Assembly (NCBI GenBank): GCA_045577075.1
Contig: JAZNHR010000025.1
Location: 1-63,135 of the forward strand
From: Clostridia bacterium
Lineage (GTDB): Bacteria; Bacillota; Clostridia; UMGS1883; UMGS1540
Length of the DNA stretch: 63,135 nt
Direction of reading: 5' to 3'
Shown here: positions 36,234-46,960 of the stretch, piece after piece
Numbering within the stretch: the stretch's first letter is position 1
Layout: every line of letters starts with the position of its first letter
Translations under genes and position numbers: made by a program
Notes under the pieces: generated by a model
The model's input: the letters and a program-made list of their open reading frames with translations, nothing else
Database searches by the model: none
What the model was told of the DNA's origin: nothing

Positions 36234-36318
36234 GGAGGGGTTCCCGAGTGGCCAAAGGGGGCAGACTGTAAATCTGTTGTCAGTGACTTCGGTGGTTCGA
36301 ATCCACCCCCCTCCACCA
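36234..36318 (+). tRNA. tRNA-Tyr (GTA), long variable arm
   Basis: GGAGGGGTTCCCGAGTGGCCAAAGGG..GACTGTAAATC..variable arm..GGTTCGAATCCACCCCCCTCCACCA. Confidence 0.95.
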
Positions 36319-36351
36319 AAAAACGTGCAGTTTGCACATGTATGTAGATGG

Positions 36352-36396
36352 AACAATGAATATTAGCTGCACGCTGAGTATTCATTGTTTTTTTAT
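36352..36396 (+). terminator. intrinsic terminator of the tRNA operon
   Basis: 13-bp stem AACAATGAATATT/AGTATTCATTGTT followed by TTTTTTT. Confidence 0.8.
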
Positions 36397-36430
36397 ATTC
36401 GCCCGGCGGATATAAAGCGGAGATACGATT

Positions 36431-37315
36431 ATGAACGTAAAAAAGTTTTTTATAATTTTACTTTTGATACTGCTTGCAGCCGTTACTGCCTTCGCAGGCG
36501 TTGTTGTAGGCTGGGTGTACAGTTCACCATTTGCGTTCGGTGACCACGGCAATGCCCTGGCGGAAATCGGCAAGGATGGGATTGTAAATATTCTCGTTGT
36601 GGGGAAGGACCATGTGGGCGCCAATACGGACGTGATTATGGTAGCTTCCTTAAATACGAAAAGCCATAAAATTTCTATTTTGTCTATCCCCCGCGACACG
36701 CGTGTAAATTTCCACGGCGAGCGGAAAATCAATTCTGTCTACGGGTATGCCCAAAGCCGCGGCATGAAAAAGGAAGAGGCGCTGATAAACGTGGTATCCC
36801 AAACGTCGCGCCTGCCCATTCATTACTATGCCATTGTCAATCTCCGCGCGTTCCGCGATATTGTAGATGCCCTCGGCGGCGTGGAATATAACGTGGAGCG
36901 GCCGTATCACTACGAAGATGAATTACAGGATTTATATATTCATATTGACCCCGGCTACCAGACTTTATACGGGGAAGATGCGGAAGGGCTCATTCGCTTT
37001 AGAGCCGACTATATCGAGGGCGATATTAAACGCGTACAGGTACAGCAGGATTTTCTGTCTGCCATGTTACAGCAGAAACTGCAGCTGAAATATATTTCTA
37101 AAATTCCGGATATTTATGAAAAAGTTACAGAGAATGTAATTGGGAATCTGACGGTAAATGACCTGATTGATTTTGCAAAAGCGGCCATGTCCTGCGAGAC
37201 CGAGACGTATACGCTTCCCGGGCATAATTCCACTACTTCTTCGGACTGGATTCGGGATGATGACGAAACGGACAGGCTTATTCGGGAGAATTTTGGATAT
37301 ACTGCCGAAAACTGA
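36431..37315 (+). CDS. LCP (LytR-CpsA-Psr) family protein
   Basis: N-terminal TM. Motifs NILVVGKD..NTDVIMVASLN and SIPRDTRV. Confidence 0.9.
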   Translation: MNVKKFFIILLLILLAAVTAFAGVVVGWVYSSPFAFGDHGNALAEIGKDGIVNILVVGKDHVGANTDVIMVASLNTKSHKISILSIPRDTRVNFHGERKINSVYGYAQSRGMKKEEALINVVSQTSRLPIHYYAIVNLRAFRDIVDALGGVEYNVERPYHYEDELQDLYIHIDPGYQTLYGEDAEGLIRFRADYIEGDIKRVQVQQDFLSAMLQQKLQLKYISKIPDIYEKVTENVIGNLTVNDLIDFAKAAMSCETETYTLPGHNSTTSSDWIRDDDETDRLIRENFGYTAEN

Positions 37316-37380
37316 AAAAAGTCTTGCATTTAGGCGAAACATCGTATATAATTGTACTGCATGTGCAAAGGAGAGGGATT

Positions 37381-37995
37381 ATGCGTTTTTTTGTTAAAAA
37401 TTTCACTATACTTTTGTGCATTGTACTGCTTTTTCTTTCTGCGGGCTGCGCGAAAACGCCGCAAGGCGGGAGTGCGAGCACGGGGCAAGGGAACACGTTT
37501 AAGGAGGGCGAAATTGTGAATATTAAAATTACGATGGCAGACGGCGGCGAAATGCTGCTGGAGCTGTATCCCGATAAAGCACCGAAAACAGTTGCAAACT
37601 TTGTAAAGCTTGCGCGCGAAGGCTTTTATGACGGGCTTACCTTCCACAGAATCATTGAAAACTTTATGATTCAGGGCGGAGATCCTTTGGGTACAGGCAT
37701 GGGCGGCGCGGATGAAAACATCCCCGGCGAATTTGCCTTAAACGGTTTTAAGCAAAACGATATTTCCCATAAGCGTGGCGTTATTTCCATGGCACGCGCC
37801 CAAAACCCCAACAGCGCAAGTTCCCAGTTCTTTATTGTACACGCAGATTCCACGTACTTAGACGGCCAGTATGCCGCATTCGGTATGCTGAAAGAGGGCT
37901 TTGACGTTCTCGACCGTCTTGCAAAAACGCCTGTCGGCATGGACGGGCAAACACCCACGGCCAAGCCGGTGATTCAAACAATCACCGTTGAATAA
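37381..37995 (+). CDS. cyclophilin-type peptidyl-prolyl isomerase, lipoprotein
   Basis: ATG 37381 after AAAGGAGAGGGATT. Lipobox LFLSAGC. Motifs FHRIIENFMIQGGDP and SQFFI. Confidence 0.9.
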   Translation: MRFFVKNFTILLCIVLLFLSAGCAKTPQGGSASTGQGNTFKEGEIVNIKITMADGGEMLLELYPDKAPKTVANFVKLAREGFYDGLTFHRIIENFMIQGGDPLGTGMGGADENIPGEFALNGFKQNDISHKRGVISMARAQNPNSASSQFFIVHADSTYLDGQYAAFGMLKEGFDVLDRLAKTPVGMDGQTPTAKPVIQTITVE

Positions 37996-39027
<1,032 letters not shown>

Positions 39028-39040
39028 GAATCGTCTTTTA

Positions 39041-39069
39041 AAAGGGTTACCTTCGGGTAGCCCTTTTTT
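39041..39069 (+). terminator. intrinsic terminator after gap
   Basis: AAAGGGTTACC-TTCG-GGTAGCCCTTT followed by a T-run. Confidence 0.85.
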
Positions 39070-39140
39070 ACGTTTATGGATTGACTTTTTTTCTAAAATC
39101 CGTTATACTGGTAGGGACAAAAGAGGAACGGAGAAAAAAC

Positions 39141-40358
39141 ATGAAAAAAGCGGAACTTTTGGCACCGGCAGGGGACCTTGAGCGCCTGAAGGTAGCAATT
39201 TTATATGGAGCAGATGCAGTCTATATCGGCGGCGAGGAGTTTTCTATGCGAACGGCATGCGATAACTTTACGGCCGAACAAATGAAAGAAGGTATAGCCT
39301 TTGCAAAAGAAAGAGATAAAAAGGTGTATGTGGCACTGAACGTCATTATGCGCCAAGGGGATATGGACGTTTTGGGCGAGTATGTGCAAAATCTAGAGAA
39401 ATTAGGTGCGGACGGCGTCATTGTCTCGGACCTTGGTGCCTTCCGGCTTATCCGAAAAGCCGCACCCAATCTCCCCATTCACGTCAGTACCCAGGCGAAT
39501 ATCACGAATGCCGAGACGGCGCGTGCGTGGTACGAGATGGGGGCGGAGCGCGTCGTCCTTGCAAGAGAACTGACGCGGGAAGAAGTTATCTCTATTCGAA
39601 AAAACACCCCTTCTGACTTAGAACTTGAAATGTTCGTCCACGGGGCTATGTGCGTTTCCTATTCAGGCAGATGCCTTTTAAGTAATTACCTTATCGGCAG
39701 GGACGCAAACCGGGGGGACTGTGCCCAGGCTTGCCGCTGGAAATACACCCTCATGGAAGAAAAACGTCCCGGCGAATATATGCCGATTATTGAAAATGAC
39801 CGCGGTAGCTACATTTTTAACGCCAACGATTTGTGCCTGCTCGAATTTATACCGGAAATTTTAGAGGCAGGTGTATCAAGCCTGAAGATTGAGGGCAGAG
39901 TCAAAACCGAATACTATGTGGCAACGGTGGTAAAAGCGTATCGGCAGGAAATAGACCGCTATTATGAAAATCCCGAGAAGTACACCCTTTCCAAGGAAGC
40001 TATGGAAACGGTTTGCAAGGTAAGCCACCGCAGATATTGCCACGGCTTTTGGACGGGGGAAGCCAAAAACGGCTGTCAGTATCTCGAATCCAATTCCTAT
40101 GTGCGTGATTACCAGGTGGTGGGTATGGTTACAGAAGAAGAAGATGGGTTTTTGCGCTTTGGGGTTCGTAATAAATTCTCTGTAGGGGACACCTTGGAAA
40201 TTATGACGCCTGGGGGAGAAACATACACAAAACCCGTTACGGAACTCTATAACGAGGCGGGGGAAAGCATTCCTGACGCACCCCACCCCATGATGACTGT
40301 CCGTATTCCCATGGCAGGCAATTTCCCGAAATATTCCATGATTCGCAGGAGAATATGA
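39141..40358 (+). CDS. peptidase U32 family protein
   Basis: ATG 39141 (MKKAELLAPAGDLERLKVAILYGADAVYIGG). Motif EMFVHGAMCVSYSGRC. Confidence 0.9.
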   Translation: MKKAELLAPAGDLERLKVAILYGADAVYIGGEEFSMRTACDNFTAEQMKEGIAFAKERDKKVYVALNVIMRQGDMDVLGEYVQNLEKLGADGVIVSDLGAFRLIRKAAPNLPIHVSTQANITNAETARAWYEMGAERVVLARELTREEVISIRKNTPSDLELEMFVHGAMCVSYSGRCLLSNYLIGRDANRGDCAQACRWKYTLMEEKRPGEYMPIIENDRGSYIFNANDLCLLEFIPEILEAGVSSLKIEGRVKTEYYVATVVKAYRQEIDRYYENPEKYTLSKEAMETVCKVSHRRYCHGFWTGEAKNGCQYLESNSYVRDYQVVGMVTEEEDGFLRFGVRNKFSVGDTLEIMTPGGETYTKPVTELYNEAGESIPDAPHPMMTVRIPMAGNFPKYSMIRRRI

Positions 40359-40388
40359 GGTGATTTTTAAACAATTTATAAATTTTTC

Positions 40389-40417
40389 TTGACAACAGAG
40401 GAAGAATTTAGTATACT
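40389..40417 (+). promoter_or_regulatory. consensus sigma-A promoter of sigH
   Basis: TTGACA (40389-40394), 17-nt spacer, TATACT (40412-40417). Confidence 0.7.
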
Positions 40418-40454
40418 ATATCTATCGCATATGGGCTTTGCTAGGAGGAATGGA

Positions 40455-41093
40455 ATGCAAAACGAAGTGCGTCCGGAGAAGTTCGAAGCTTTGACCGACG
40501 AAAGGCTTGCACAGCTCTCGCAGGCGGGAGATGACGAAGCGACGGAATATCTTCTTTCCAAATATCGCACACTGGTACGGCGGAAGGCGAGAACGTATTT
40601 TCTCATCGGTGCCGACAGGGAGGATATTGTACAGGAAGGTATGATTGGGCTTTTTAAGGCTGTGCGGGATTATAAAGAGGACAGGCAGTCGGGCTTTCGG
40701 GCGTTTGCGGAGCTTTGCATTACACGCCAGATTATTACGGCAATTAAAATGGCAACACGGCAAAAGCATGCACCGCTAAATACCTACGTTTCCTTAAATC
40801 GCCCCTTAGGCTTTGAGGAATACGAGCTGACGCTTCTTGACGTTGTCAGCCGGGAAGAACAGGTGCTGGACCCCGAAGAAATTGTTATTCATCGGGAGCA
40901 GTTCACCGATATCGGTGCAAAGCTTTCCGGGATTTTAAGCGCGTTTGAGCGCAAGGTGCTTTCTCTGTATATCCGGGGAGAGTCCTATCAGGAAATCGGT
41001 GCCGTTTTAGGGAAAGAACCAAAATCCATTGATAATGCCCTGCAGCGCATCAAGCATAAAATCCAGAAATATGTGGAACGATATCCAAAATGA
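40455..41093 (+). CDS. sigH: RNA polymerase sporulation sigma factor SigH
   Basis: ATG 40455, 6 nt after GGAGG. Motifs YFLIGADREDIVQEGMIGLFKAVRDYKEDRQSGFRAFAELCITRQIITAIK and YIRGESYQEI are typical of SigH. Confidence 0.9.
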   Translation: MQNEVRPEKFEALTDERLAQLSQAGDDEATEYLLSKYRTLVRRKARTYFLIGADREDIVQEGMIGLFKAVRDYKEDRQSGFRAFAELCITRQIITAIKMATRQKHAPLNTYVSLNRPLGFEEYELTLLDVVSREEQVLDPEEIVIHREQFTDIGAKLSGILSAFERKVLSLYIRGESYQEIGAVLGKEPKSIDNALQRIKHKIQKYVERYPK

Positions 41094-41094
41094 T

Positions 41095-41168
41095 GCGGGT
41101 ATAGCTCAATGGTAGAGTTCCAGCTTCCCAAGCTGGCTGTGCGGGTTCGATCCCCGTTACCCGCTCCA
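41095..41168 (+). tRNA. tRNA-Gly (CCC)
   Basis: GCGGGTATAGCTCAATGGTAGAGT..GCTTCCCAAGC..GGTTCGATCCCCGTTACCCGCTCCA. Starts one nucleotide after the sigH stop. Confidence 0.95.
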
Positions 41169-41284
41169 ACGCTTCGATGCGTTTATATGCCCAAAGCTTA
41201 CGGTGAGCACTGTGCACGGCACAGGAGGGTCGGTTCGACTCCGGCGGGGGTAACATTCATTTATTTCAAAGTGAGGAGATCATT

Positions 41285-41554
41285 ATGTTCGAGGACAAAA
41301 CATTAGTTTGCAAGGATTGCGGTAAGGAATTCGTTTTTACTGCAGGAGAACAGGAGTTCTACGCAGAAAAAGGCTTCCAGAATGAACCCATGCGTTGCAA
41401 AGAATGCCGTATTGCGAAAAAGCAGGCACTTCGTGAAAATCGCGAAATGCACACAACTGTTTGCGCAGCTTGCGGCAAAGAAGCAAAGGTTCCCTTCATT
41501 CCGAAGAATGACAGGCCGATCTATTGCAGCGAATGTTTCGCAAATCACCAATAA
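41285..41554 (+). CDS. zinc-ribbon domain protein (two CxxC...CxxC units, zf-trcl-like)
   Basis: 89 aa. CKDCGKEF..CKEC and CAACGKE..CSECF. RBS GAGGAG. Confidence 0.8.
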   Translation: MFEDKTLVCKDCGKEFVFTAGEQEFYAEKGFQNEPMRCKECRIAKKQALRENREMHTTVCAACGKEAKVPFIPKNDRPIYCSECFANHQ

Positions 41555-41587
41555 TCTCTCACTTTGAGAGTTATACTGTGTGAAAAG

Positions 41588-41620
41588 AAGGGCACGCAAG
41601 TCTTTTGCGTGTCCTTTTCT
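41588..41620 (+). terminator. intrinsic terminator after the zinc-ribbon gene
   Basis: AAGGGCACGCAA-loop-TTGCGTGTCCTT followed by TTTT. Confidence 0.8.
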
Positions 41621-41658
41621 CAAACATAACGGCTATTCTCGATGAAAGGAAAATGCAT

Positions 41659-42846
41659 ATGAAAAAAACGTTGGCCTTCATACTAACTGTACTTTTTATA
41701 TTTCCTACTGTTTCCTGTAAAAAACAGGAGAATACGTCCCGGCCTACGCCGTCCCCTGCAGTTTCTCTCGATGAAATCGAGAAAATATACGAAACAGACC
41801 CGAATGGCGCGGCGTGGACCATGCTTTCCGGTATGTCTTTAGATGAACGGATTTATCAGCTCTTCCTGGTGGCACCCGAAACCCTTTCCGGCGGTACGCC
41901 CGTGACGGAAGTGACGGATGCAGTGCGTGAAGGGCTTACAAAATACCCCGTGGGGGGCGTAGTGCTATTTGGGGATAACATCGAAAACCGTGACCAGGTG
42001 ACAAAACTCATCGGAGACATGCAGGGTGCCTCGAAATATCCCCTCTTTATGGCGGTGGACGAGGAAGGCGGTACGGTTTCAAGACTGGGTAGTAAGGACG
42101 GAATGGGTGTGTCATCTCAGCCACCTATGCGCGAAGTCGGGGACGGCGGTGACGCACAGCGTGCATATGAAATCGGCAAAACCATTGGTACGGAAATTCG
42201 CGCCCTTGGCTTTAACGTAAATTTTGCTCCCGTTGCCGATACCCTTGTAAATCCCGACAATACGGAAATCGGCTCCCGTTCCTTTGGTACGGACCCCATG
42301 GTAGTTAGCATCATGGTGGAAAATATGGTCAAAGGCCTTCGGGAAAGTGGCATGGCAAGTGCCGTCAAACACTTCCCCGGTCACGGCAGTGCGGAAACGG
42401 ATTCTCACAGCGGCAGAGCCAGAAGTACGCGCACCCATGAAGAAATGGCAGTCAGCGACCTTTTGCCCTTTAAAGCCGGGATTGAGGCCGGGGCGGACTT
42501 TGTAATGATTTCCCACATGGTCAACAAGAGCATTACAAAAACCGATATGGAATGCTCCATGTCCACAAACGTGATGACAAATATTTTGCGAAACACCATG
42601 GGCTTTCCCAATATTATTATTACGGACTCCCTTTCCATGGGTGCCATTACCGGATACTTCTCGGCAGGGGCTGCGGCGGTAACGGCGTTTGAGGCAGGAG
42701 CCGATATGCTGTTGATGCCGGCGAACATCGAAGAAGCGGCGGCAGCAATTCGAGGTGCCGTGGAAAGCGGAAGAATCAGCGAAACGCGCCTTAACGAAAG
42801 CGTTTCCCGTGTTTTAAAGGTAAAACTGGAGCGAGGCATTCTCTAG
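41659..42846 (+). CDS. glycoside hydrolase family 3 beta-N-acetylhexosaminidase (NagZ-like) lipoprotein
   Basis: MKKTLAFILTVLFIFPTVSC lipobox. KHFPGHG motif. An alternative ATG lies 6 nt upstream at 41653. Confidence 0.85.
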   Translation: MKKTLAFILTVLFIFPTVSCKKQENTSRPTPSPAVSLDEIEKIYETDPNGAAWTMLSGMSLDERIYQLFLVAPETLSGGTPVTEVTDAVREGLTKYPVGGVVLFGDNIENRDQVTKLIGDMQGASKYPLFMAVDEEGGTVSRLGSKDGMGVSSQPPMREVGDGGDAQRAYEIGKTIGTEIRALGFNVNFAPVADTLVNPDNTEIGSRSFGTDPMVVSIMVENMVKGLRESGMASAVKHFPGHGSAETDSHSGRARSTRTHEEMAVSDLLPFKAGIEAGADFVMISHMVNKSITKTDMECSMSTNVMTNILRNTMGFPNIIITDSLSMGAITGYFSAGAAAVTAFEAGADMLLMPANIEEAAAAIRGAVESGRISETRLNESVSRVLKVKLERGIL

Positions 42847-42859
42847 AAAGGAGTAGCCT

Positions 42860-45800
42860 ATGGGATTCGTACATTTACATGTGCATAGCGAGTACAGTCT
42901 CCTTGACGGTGCTTGCCGTATTCGGGACCTTGTACAAAAAGCAAAGGCGGAGGGACAAGCAGCGCTTGCCCTTACGGACCATGGCGTTATGTACGGTGTC
43001 ATTGATTTTTACGATGCGGCCATGGAAGCCGGCATTAAACCGATTATCGGGTGTGAGGTGTATACCACCGACGGCGACCGCACGCAGAAAACAGCAGGGC
43101 GTGACGAGGAAATCGGGCATCTTGTGCTGCTTGTAAAAAATGAAGAGGGGTATAAAAACCTCATTCGTATGGTATCCGTAGGCTTTACAGAGGGGTTTTA
43201 TTATAAACCCCGTGTAGATATGGAAACACTTCGGGCAAATAGCGGCGGGCTGATTGCCCTTTCTGCATGTCTTGCAGGGGATATTCCCCGTGCCCTGCTT
43301 CGCGGCGAGTATGACGACGCGAAAATGCGTGCCCTTCGGTATAGGGACGTCTTTGGGGAAGGGAACTTTTATCTCGAACTACAGGACCACGGCATTGAGG
43401 AACAGCGAAAGATAAATCCCCTGATCGTGCGGCTTTCGGAAGAAACGGGGATTCCCCTTGTGGCGACGAATGACGTCCACTATATTGAGAGAACCGACGC
43501 CAAATATCAAGACGTGCTCCTTTGTATCCAGACAGGGAAAAACGTCAGCGATACGGACCGTATGCGGTTTACGGGCGAAGAATTCTACTTAAAGAGCGAA
43601 GGGGAGATGGCGGCGCTGTTCCCCTATGCACGCGCTGCTATTTCCAATACCGAGAAAGTGGCGGACGCATGTAATTTTGATTTTAAATTCCATCAGCGCC
43701 TGCTTCCAAAATACGATGTGCCGGGCGGCGAGGACGCCTTTGCCTATTTAAAAGCCCTGTGCGAAAAGGGGCTTTCCGAGCGATACAAGACGCCCACCGA
43801 TGAAGCCAAAGAACGCCTTTCCTATGAGCTTGGCGTAATCCAAAGCATGGGCTTTGTGGATTACTTTTTAATCGTGTGGGATTTCGTCCACTTTGCAAAG
43901 TCAAGCGGTATTGCCGTAGGTCCCGGCAGAGGCTCGGCGGCAGGGAGTATCGTGGCGTACAGCCTCTATATTACAGATGTTGACCCCCTTCGGTATCAGC
44001 TTCTTTTCGAGCGTTTTTTAAATCCGGAGCGCGTTAGCATGCCCGATATTGACATTGACTTTTGCTATGTGCGAAGACCTGAGGTTATTGACTATGTAAA
44101 CCGCAAGTACGGCGCGGACCATGTGGCGCAGATTATCACATTTGGTACCATGGCGGCGCGCGGCGTCATAAGAGACGTGGGGCGCGTCCTAGGCATGTCC
44201 TACCAAGAAGTAGACGTGGTGGCAAAAATGGTGCCGAACGTATTAAACATTAAGCTGCGGGACGCTTTGGAAATGACGCCGAAACTCAAGGACTTATACG
44301 AAAATGACAGCCGTATTCGCGAGCTTATCGACACGTCCCTCGCCCTTGAGGGACTACCGCGCCATGCCTCTACCCACGCAGCAGGGGTCGTCATTTCCAA
44401 TGCACCCGTTTCGGTGCATGTTCCGCTGCAAAAAAACGATGAAGTTATTACGACCCAGTTCCCTATGGGTACCTTAGAGCGGCTGGGACTTCTTAAAATG
44501 GACTTTTTAGGCCTTCGGAACCTTACGGTCATACAGGATGCCGCCGAAATGGCTGGCATCACCATGGACACGAAAAACATGGCATACGATGCGCCCGAGG
44601 TCTTTGCCCTTATCAGCCGCGGCGATACGGCAGGCGTATTTCAGCTGGAGAGCGCAGGCATGAAGTCCTTTATGCGTGAGCTTTCGCCGGACTGCCTGGA
44701 AGACGTCATCGCCGGTATTTCTCTATACCGTCCGGGCCCGATGGATTCCATTCCTACGTATATCCGCAATAAAAAGAATCCTGAGAAAATTACGTATCTG
44801 CACCCTAAACTGGAGCCTATTCTCCGCGTTACCTACGGTTGTATCGTCTATCAGGAGCAGGTTATGCAGATTGTACGGGACATCGGCGGCTACAGCATGG
44901 CACGGGCGGACTCTGTTCGTAAAGCCATGAGCAAAAAGAAAACGGACGTTATGGAAAAAGAACGGGAAGTTTTCATAAACGGCCTTATAGAGGACGGAGA
45001 AATTAAAATTGCCGGTGCTGTGCGAAATGGGGTTCCGGCTAACATTGCCAACCAGATTTACGACGCTATGATTGACTTTGCAAAGTACGCCTTCAATAAG
45101 TCCCATGCGGCGGCGTATGCAGTATTGGCGTATGAAACGGCGTATTTAAAGTGCTTTTATAAAGTATACTTTATGGCGGCACTATTTAACAGCGTCCTTG
45201 GGAATATGGACAAAATTGCAGCATACGCGGTGGAATGTGAAAAGATGGGGATTCGTCTCCTGCCGCCGGATATGAATAAAAGCTATTATAAATTTACGGA
45301 AGAGGACGGCAACATTCGCTTCGGCCTTGGGGCTGTCCGCGGCGTCGGGCAAGGTTTTTCCGACAATGTGGCACGGGAGCGCGAAACAAATGGCACTTTT
45401 GCCGGTCTCGGCGATTTCATCGAGCGTATGCTCGGGAAGGATATGAATAAGCGTGCCCTCGAAGAACTGATTTGCGGCGGTGCGTTTGATTTTACGGGTG
45501 CCCACCGTGCCCAGCTTCTGGCAAGCTACGAGTCTATGCTGGAATCGAAGGCAGGACGTGCGAAAAATAACATTGCCGGACAGCTTTCCCTTTTCGGGGA
45601 TGCTTTGCCCCAGACGGATACGTACCCGAACGTGCCGCCCCTTTCGGCGAAGGTGCGTCTTGCAAAAGAGAAAGAGGCGCTGGGCATCTATATGTCGGGC
45701 CATCCTTTGGATGCCTATAAAGAAGTGATTGCCGCCATAAAGCCGGTTTCTATTTTAAGCCTTAAGGACACAGAGGATAGCCCCTATCACGACCGCCAGC

Positions 45801-46279
45801 GGGTCGAGGTGGCAGGCCTTGTTTCCGGCAGAAAAAATAAAATGACAAAAAATAATGCCCTGATGGCATTCCTTACGATAGAGGATTTGACGTCTTCTAT
45901 GGAAGTGATTGTGTTCCCCAAAGTGCTGACGGCGTGTGACGAGGCCGCGGCGGAAGGCGCGGCAGTGCTTGTTCGTGGCACCTTGAGCCTTCGGGAAGAA
46001 GAGGAGCCGAAGCTTTTGGCAGATGAAATTCGCCTTTTGCCTGCTGGCGGCGAAGTGGGAAGCAGTATCACGATAATGGTTAAAAAAGGAGAAGAAGGAA
46101 AAATAGACCGTTTTCACAAAACTGTCCTTGCCCACCCGGGCATGGATACTTTGTATCTTGCAGTAGACGGCAAAACGTATAAAACAAAAATGGGCGTTTC
46201 GAAAAGTGCCGCCTTCTTAAAAGCGGCGGCGGAACTTTTTGGGACTGACAGCGTAAAGGGAGAGGAGGAATCAGTATGA
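42860..46279 (+). CDS. dnaE: DNA polymerase III alpha subunit (DnaE type)
   Basis: 1139 aa. PHP domain MGFVHLHVHSEYSLLDG and Pol IIIa core motifs. Confidence 0.97.
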   Translation: MGFVHLHVHSEYSLLDGACRIRDLVQKAKAEGQAALALTDHGVMYGVIDFYDAAMEAGIKPIIGCEVYTTDGDRTQKTAGRDEEIGHLVLLVKNEEGYKNLIRMVSVGFTEGFYYKPRVDMETLRANSGGLIALSACLAGDIPRALLRGEYDDAKMRALRYRDVFGEGNFYLELQDHGIEEQRKINPLIVRLSEETGIPLVATNDVHYIERTDAKYQDVLLCIQTGKNVSDTDRMRFTGEEFYLKSEGEMAALFPYARAAISNTEKVADACNFDFKFHQRLLPKYDVPGGEDAFAYLKALCEKGLSERYKTPTDEAKERLSYELGVIQSMGFVDYFLIVWDFVHFAKSSGIAVGPGRGSAAGSIVAYSLYITDVDPLRYQLLFERFLNPERVSMPDIDIDFCYVRRPEVIDYVNRKYGADHVAQIITFGTMAARGVIRDVGRVLGMSYQEVDVVAKMVPNVLNIKLRDALEMTPKLKDLYENDSRIRELIDTSLALEGLPRHASTHAAGVVISNAPVSVHVPLQKNDEVITTQFPMGTLERLGLLKMDFLGLRNLTVIQDAAEMAGITMDTKNMAYDAPEVFALISRGDTAGVFQLESAGMKSFMRELSPDCLEDVIAGISLYRPGPMDSIPTYIRNKKNPEKITYLHPKLEPILRVTYGCIVYQEQVMQIVRDIGGYSMARADSVRKAMSKKKTDVMEKEREVFINGLIEDGEIKIAGAVRNGVPANIANQIYDAMIDFAKYAFNKSHAAAYAVLAYETAYLKCFYKVYFMAALFNSVLGNMDKIAAYAVECEKMGIRLLPPDMNKSYYKFTEEDGNIRFGLGAVRGVGQGFSDNVARERETNGTFAGLGDFIERMLGKDMNKRALEELICGGAFDFTGAHRAQLLASYESMLESKAGRAKNNIAGQLSLFGDALPQTDTYPNVPPLSAKVRLAKEKEALGIYMSGHPLDAYKEVIAAIKPVSILSLKDTEDSPYHDRQRVEVAGLVSGRKNKMTKNNALMAFLTIEDLTSSMEVIVFPKVLTACDEAAAEGAAVLVRGTLSLREEEEPKLLADEIRLLPAGGEVGSSITIMVKKGEEGKIDRFHKTVLAHPGMDTLYLAVDGKTYKTKMGVSKSAAFLKAAAELFGTDSVKGEEESV

Positions 46280-46959
46280 CAAGAGAAAAACTCGCACAGC
46301 GAAAGCTTCCTGACTACACAAAAGGTGAAGAAATTGTAAACATGGTTTCCCACATCTTAGGCTCGGTGGCGGGCATAGTGTCGCTAACCTTGGGGCTTGT
46401 AATTGCCGTTTGGTTTGGGGATGGATATAGCATCGCCGGTTCCCTTGTGTACGGCATTGCCATGATTTTACTCTATACGTTTTCCAGCATTTATCACGGA
46501 CTTGCAAGGCACCTTCTTGCGAAAAAGGTGATGCAGGTCATTGACCATTGCTCCATTTTCATTTTGATTGCCGGCACCTATACGCCCATTGTGCTCTGCG
46601 CCATACGGCGGTTTAATCCGTATCTGGGCTGGATTTTATTCGCGGCAGTCTGGGCGGCGGCAACCGTGGGCATCGTCTTAAACAGCATTGACATCGGCAG
46701 GTACAAGAAATTTTCTGCTGCATGTTATCTTCTCATGGGCTGGTGCATTGTGTTTGCCTATCCTGCCCTTGGTTTTCTCGTAAGCCGCGGCGGCACTGGG
46801 CTGCTTCTTGCCGGTGGAATTTGCTATACGGTAGGCGCAGGCTTGTATTATTTCTTTAAGAAAACCCGGTATATGCACTCTGTTTTTCATCTCTTTGTAC
46901 TTGCTGGCAGTATTACACACATGCTGTATATTCTTTTGTATGTGCTGCGGGTAGAATAA
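46276..46959 (+). CDS. hemolysin III family (PAQR) membrane protein
   Basis: 227 aa, 7 TM. SSIYH..DH..I.AGTYTP motifs. 4-nt overlap with dnaE. Confidence 0.9.
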   Translation: MTREKLAQRKLPDYTKGEEIVNMVSHILGSVAGIVSLTLGLVIAVWFGDGYSIAGSLVYGIAMILLYTFSSIYHGLARHLLAKKVMQVIDHCSIFILIAGTYTPIVLCAIRRFNPYLGWILFAAVWAAATVGIVLNSIDIGRYKKFSAACYLLMGWCIVFAYPALGFLVSRGGTGLLLAGGICYTVGAGLYYFFKKTRYMHSVFHLFVLAGSITHMLYILLYVLRVE

Positions 46960-46960
46960 A

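Noticed and set aside
41186-41252. Functional sixth tRNA
   Set aside because: Aberrant anticodon arm, a G-G mismatch in the acceptor stem and no CCA. Kept only as a tRNA-like remnant finding.
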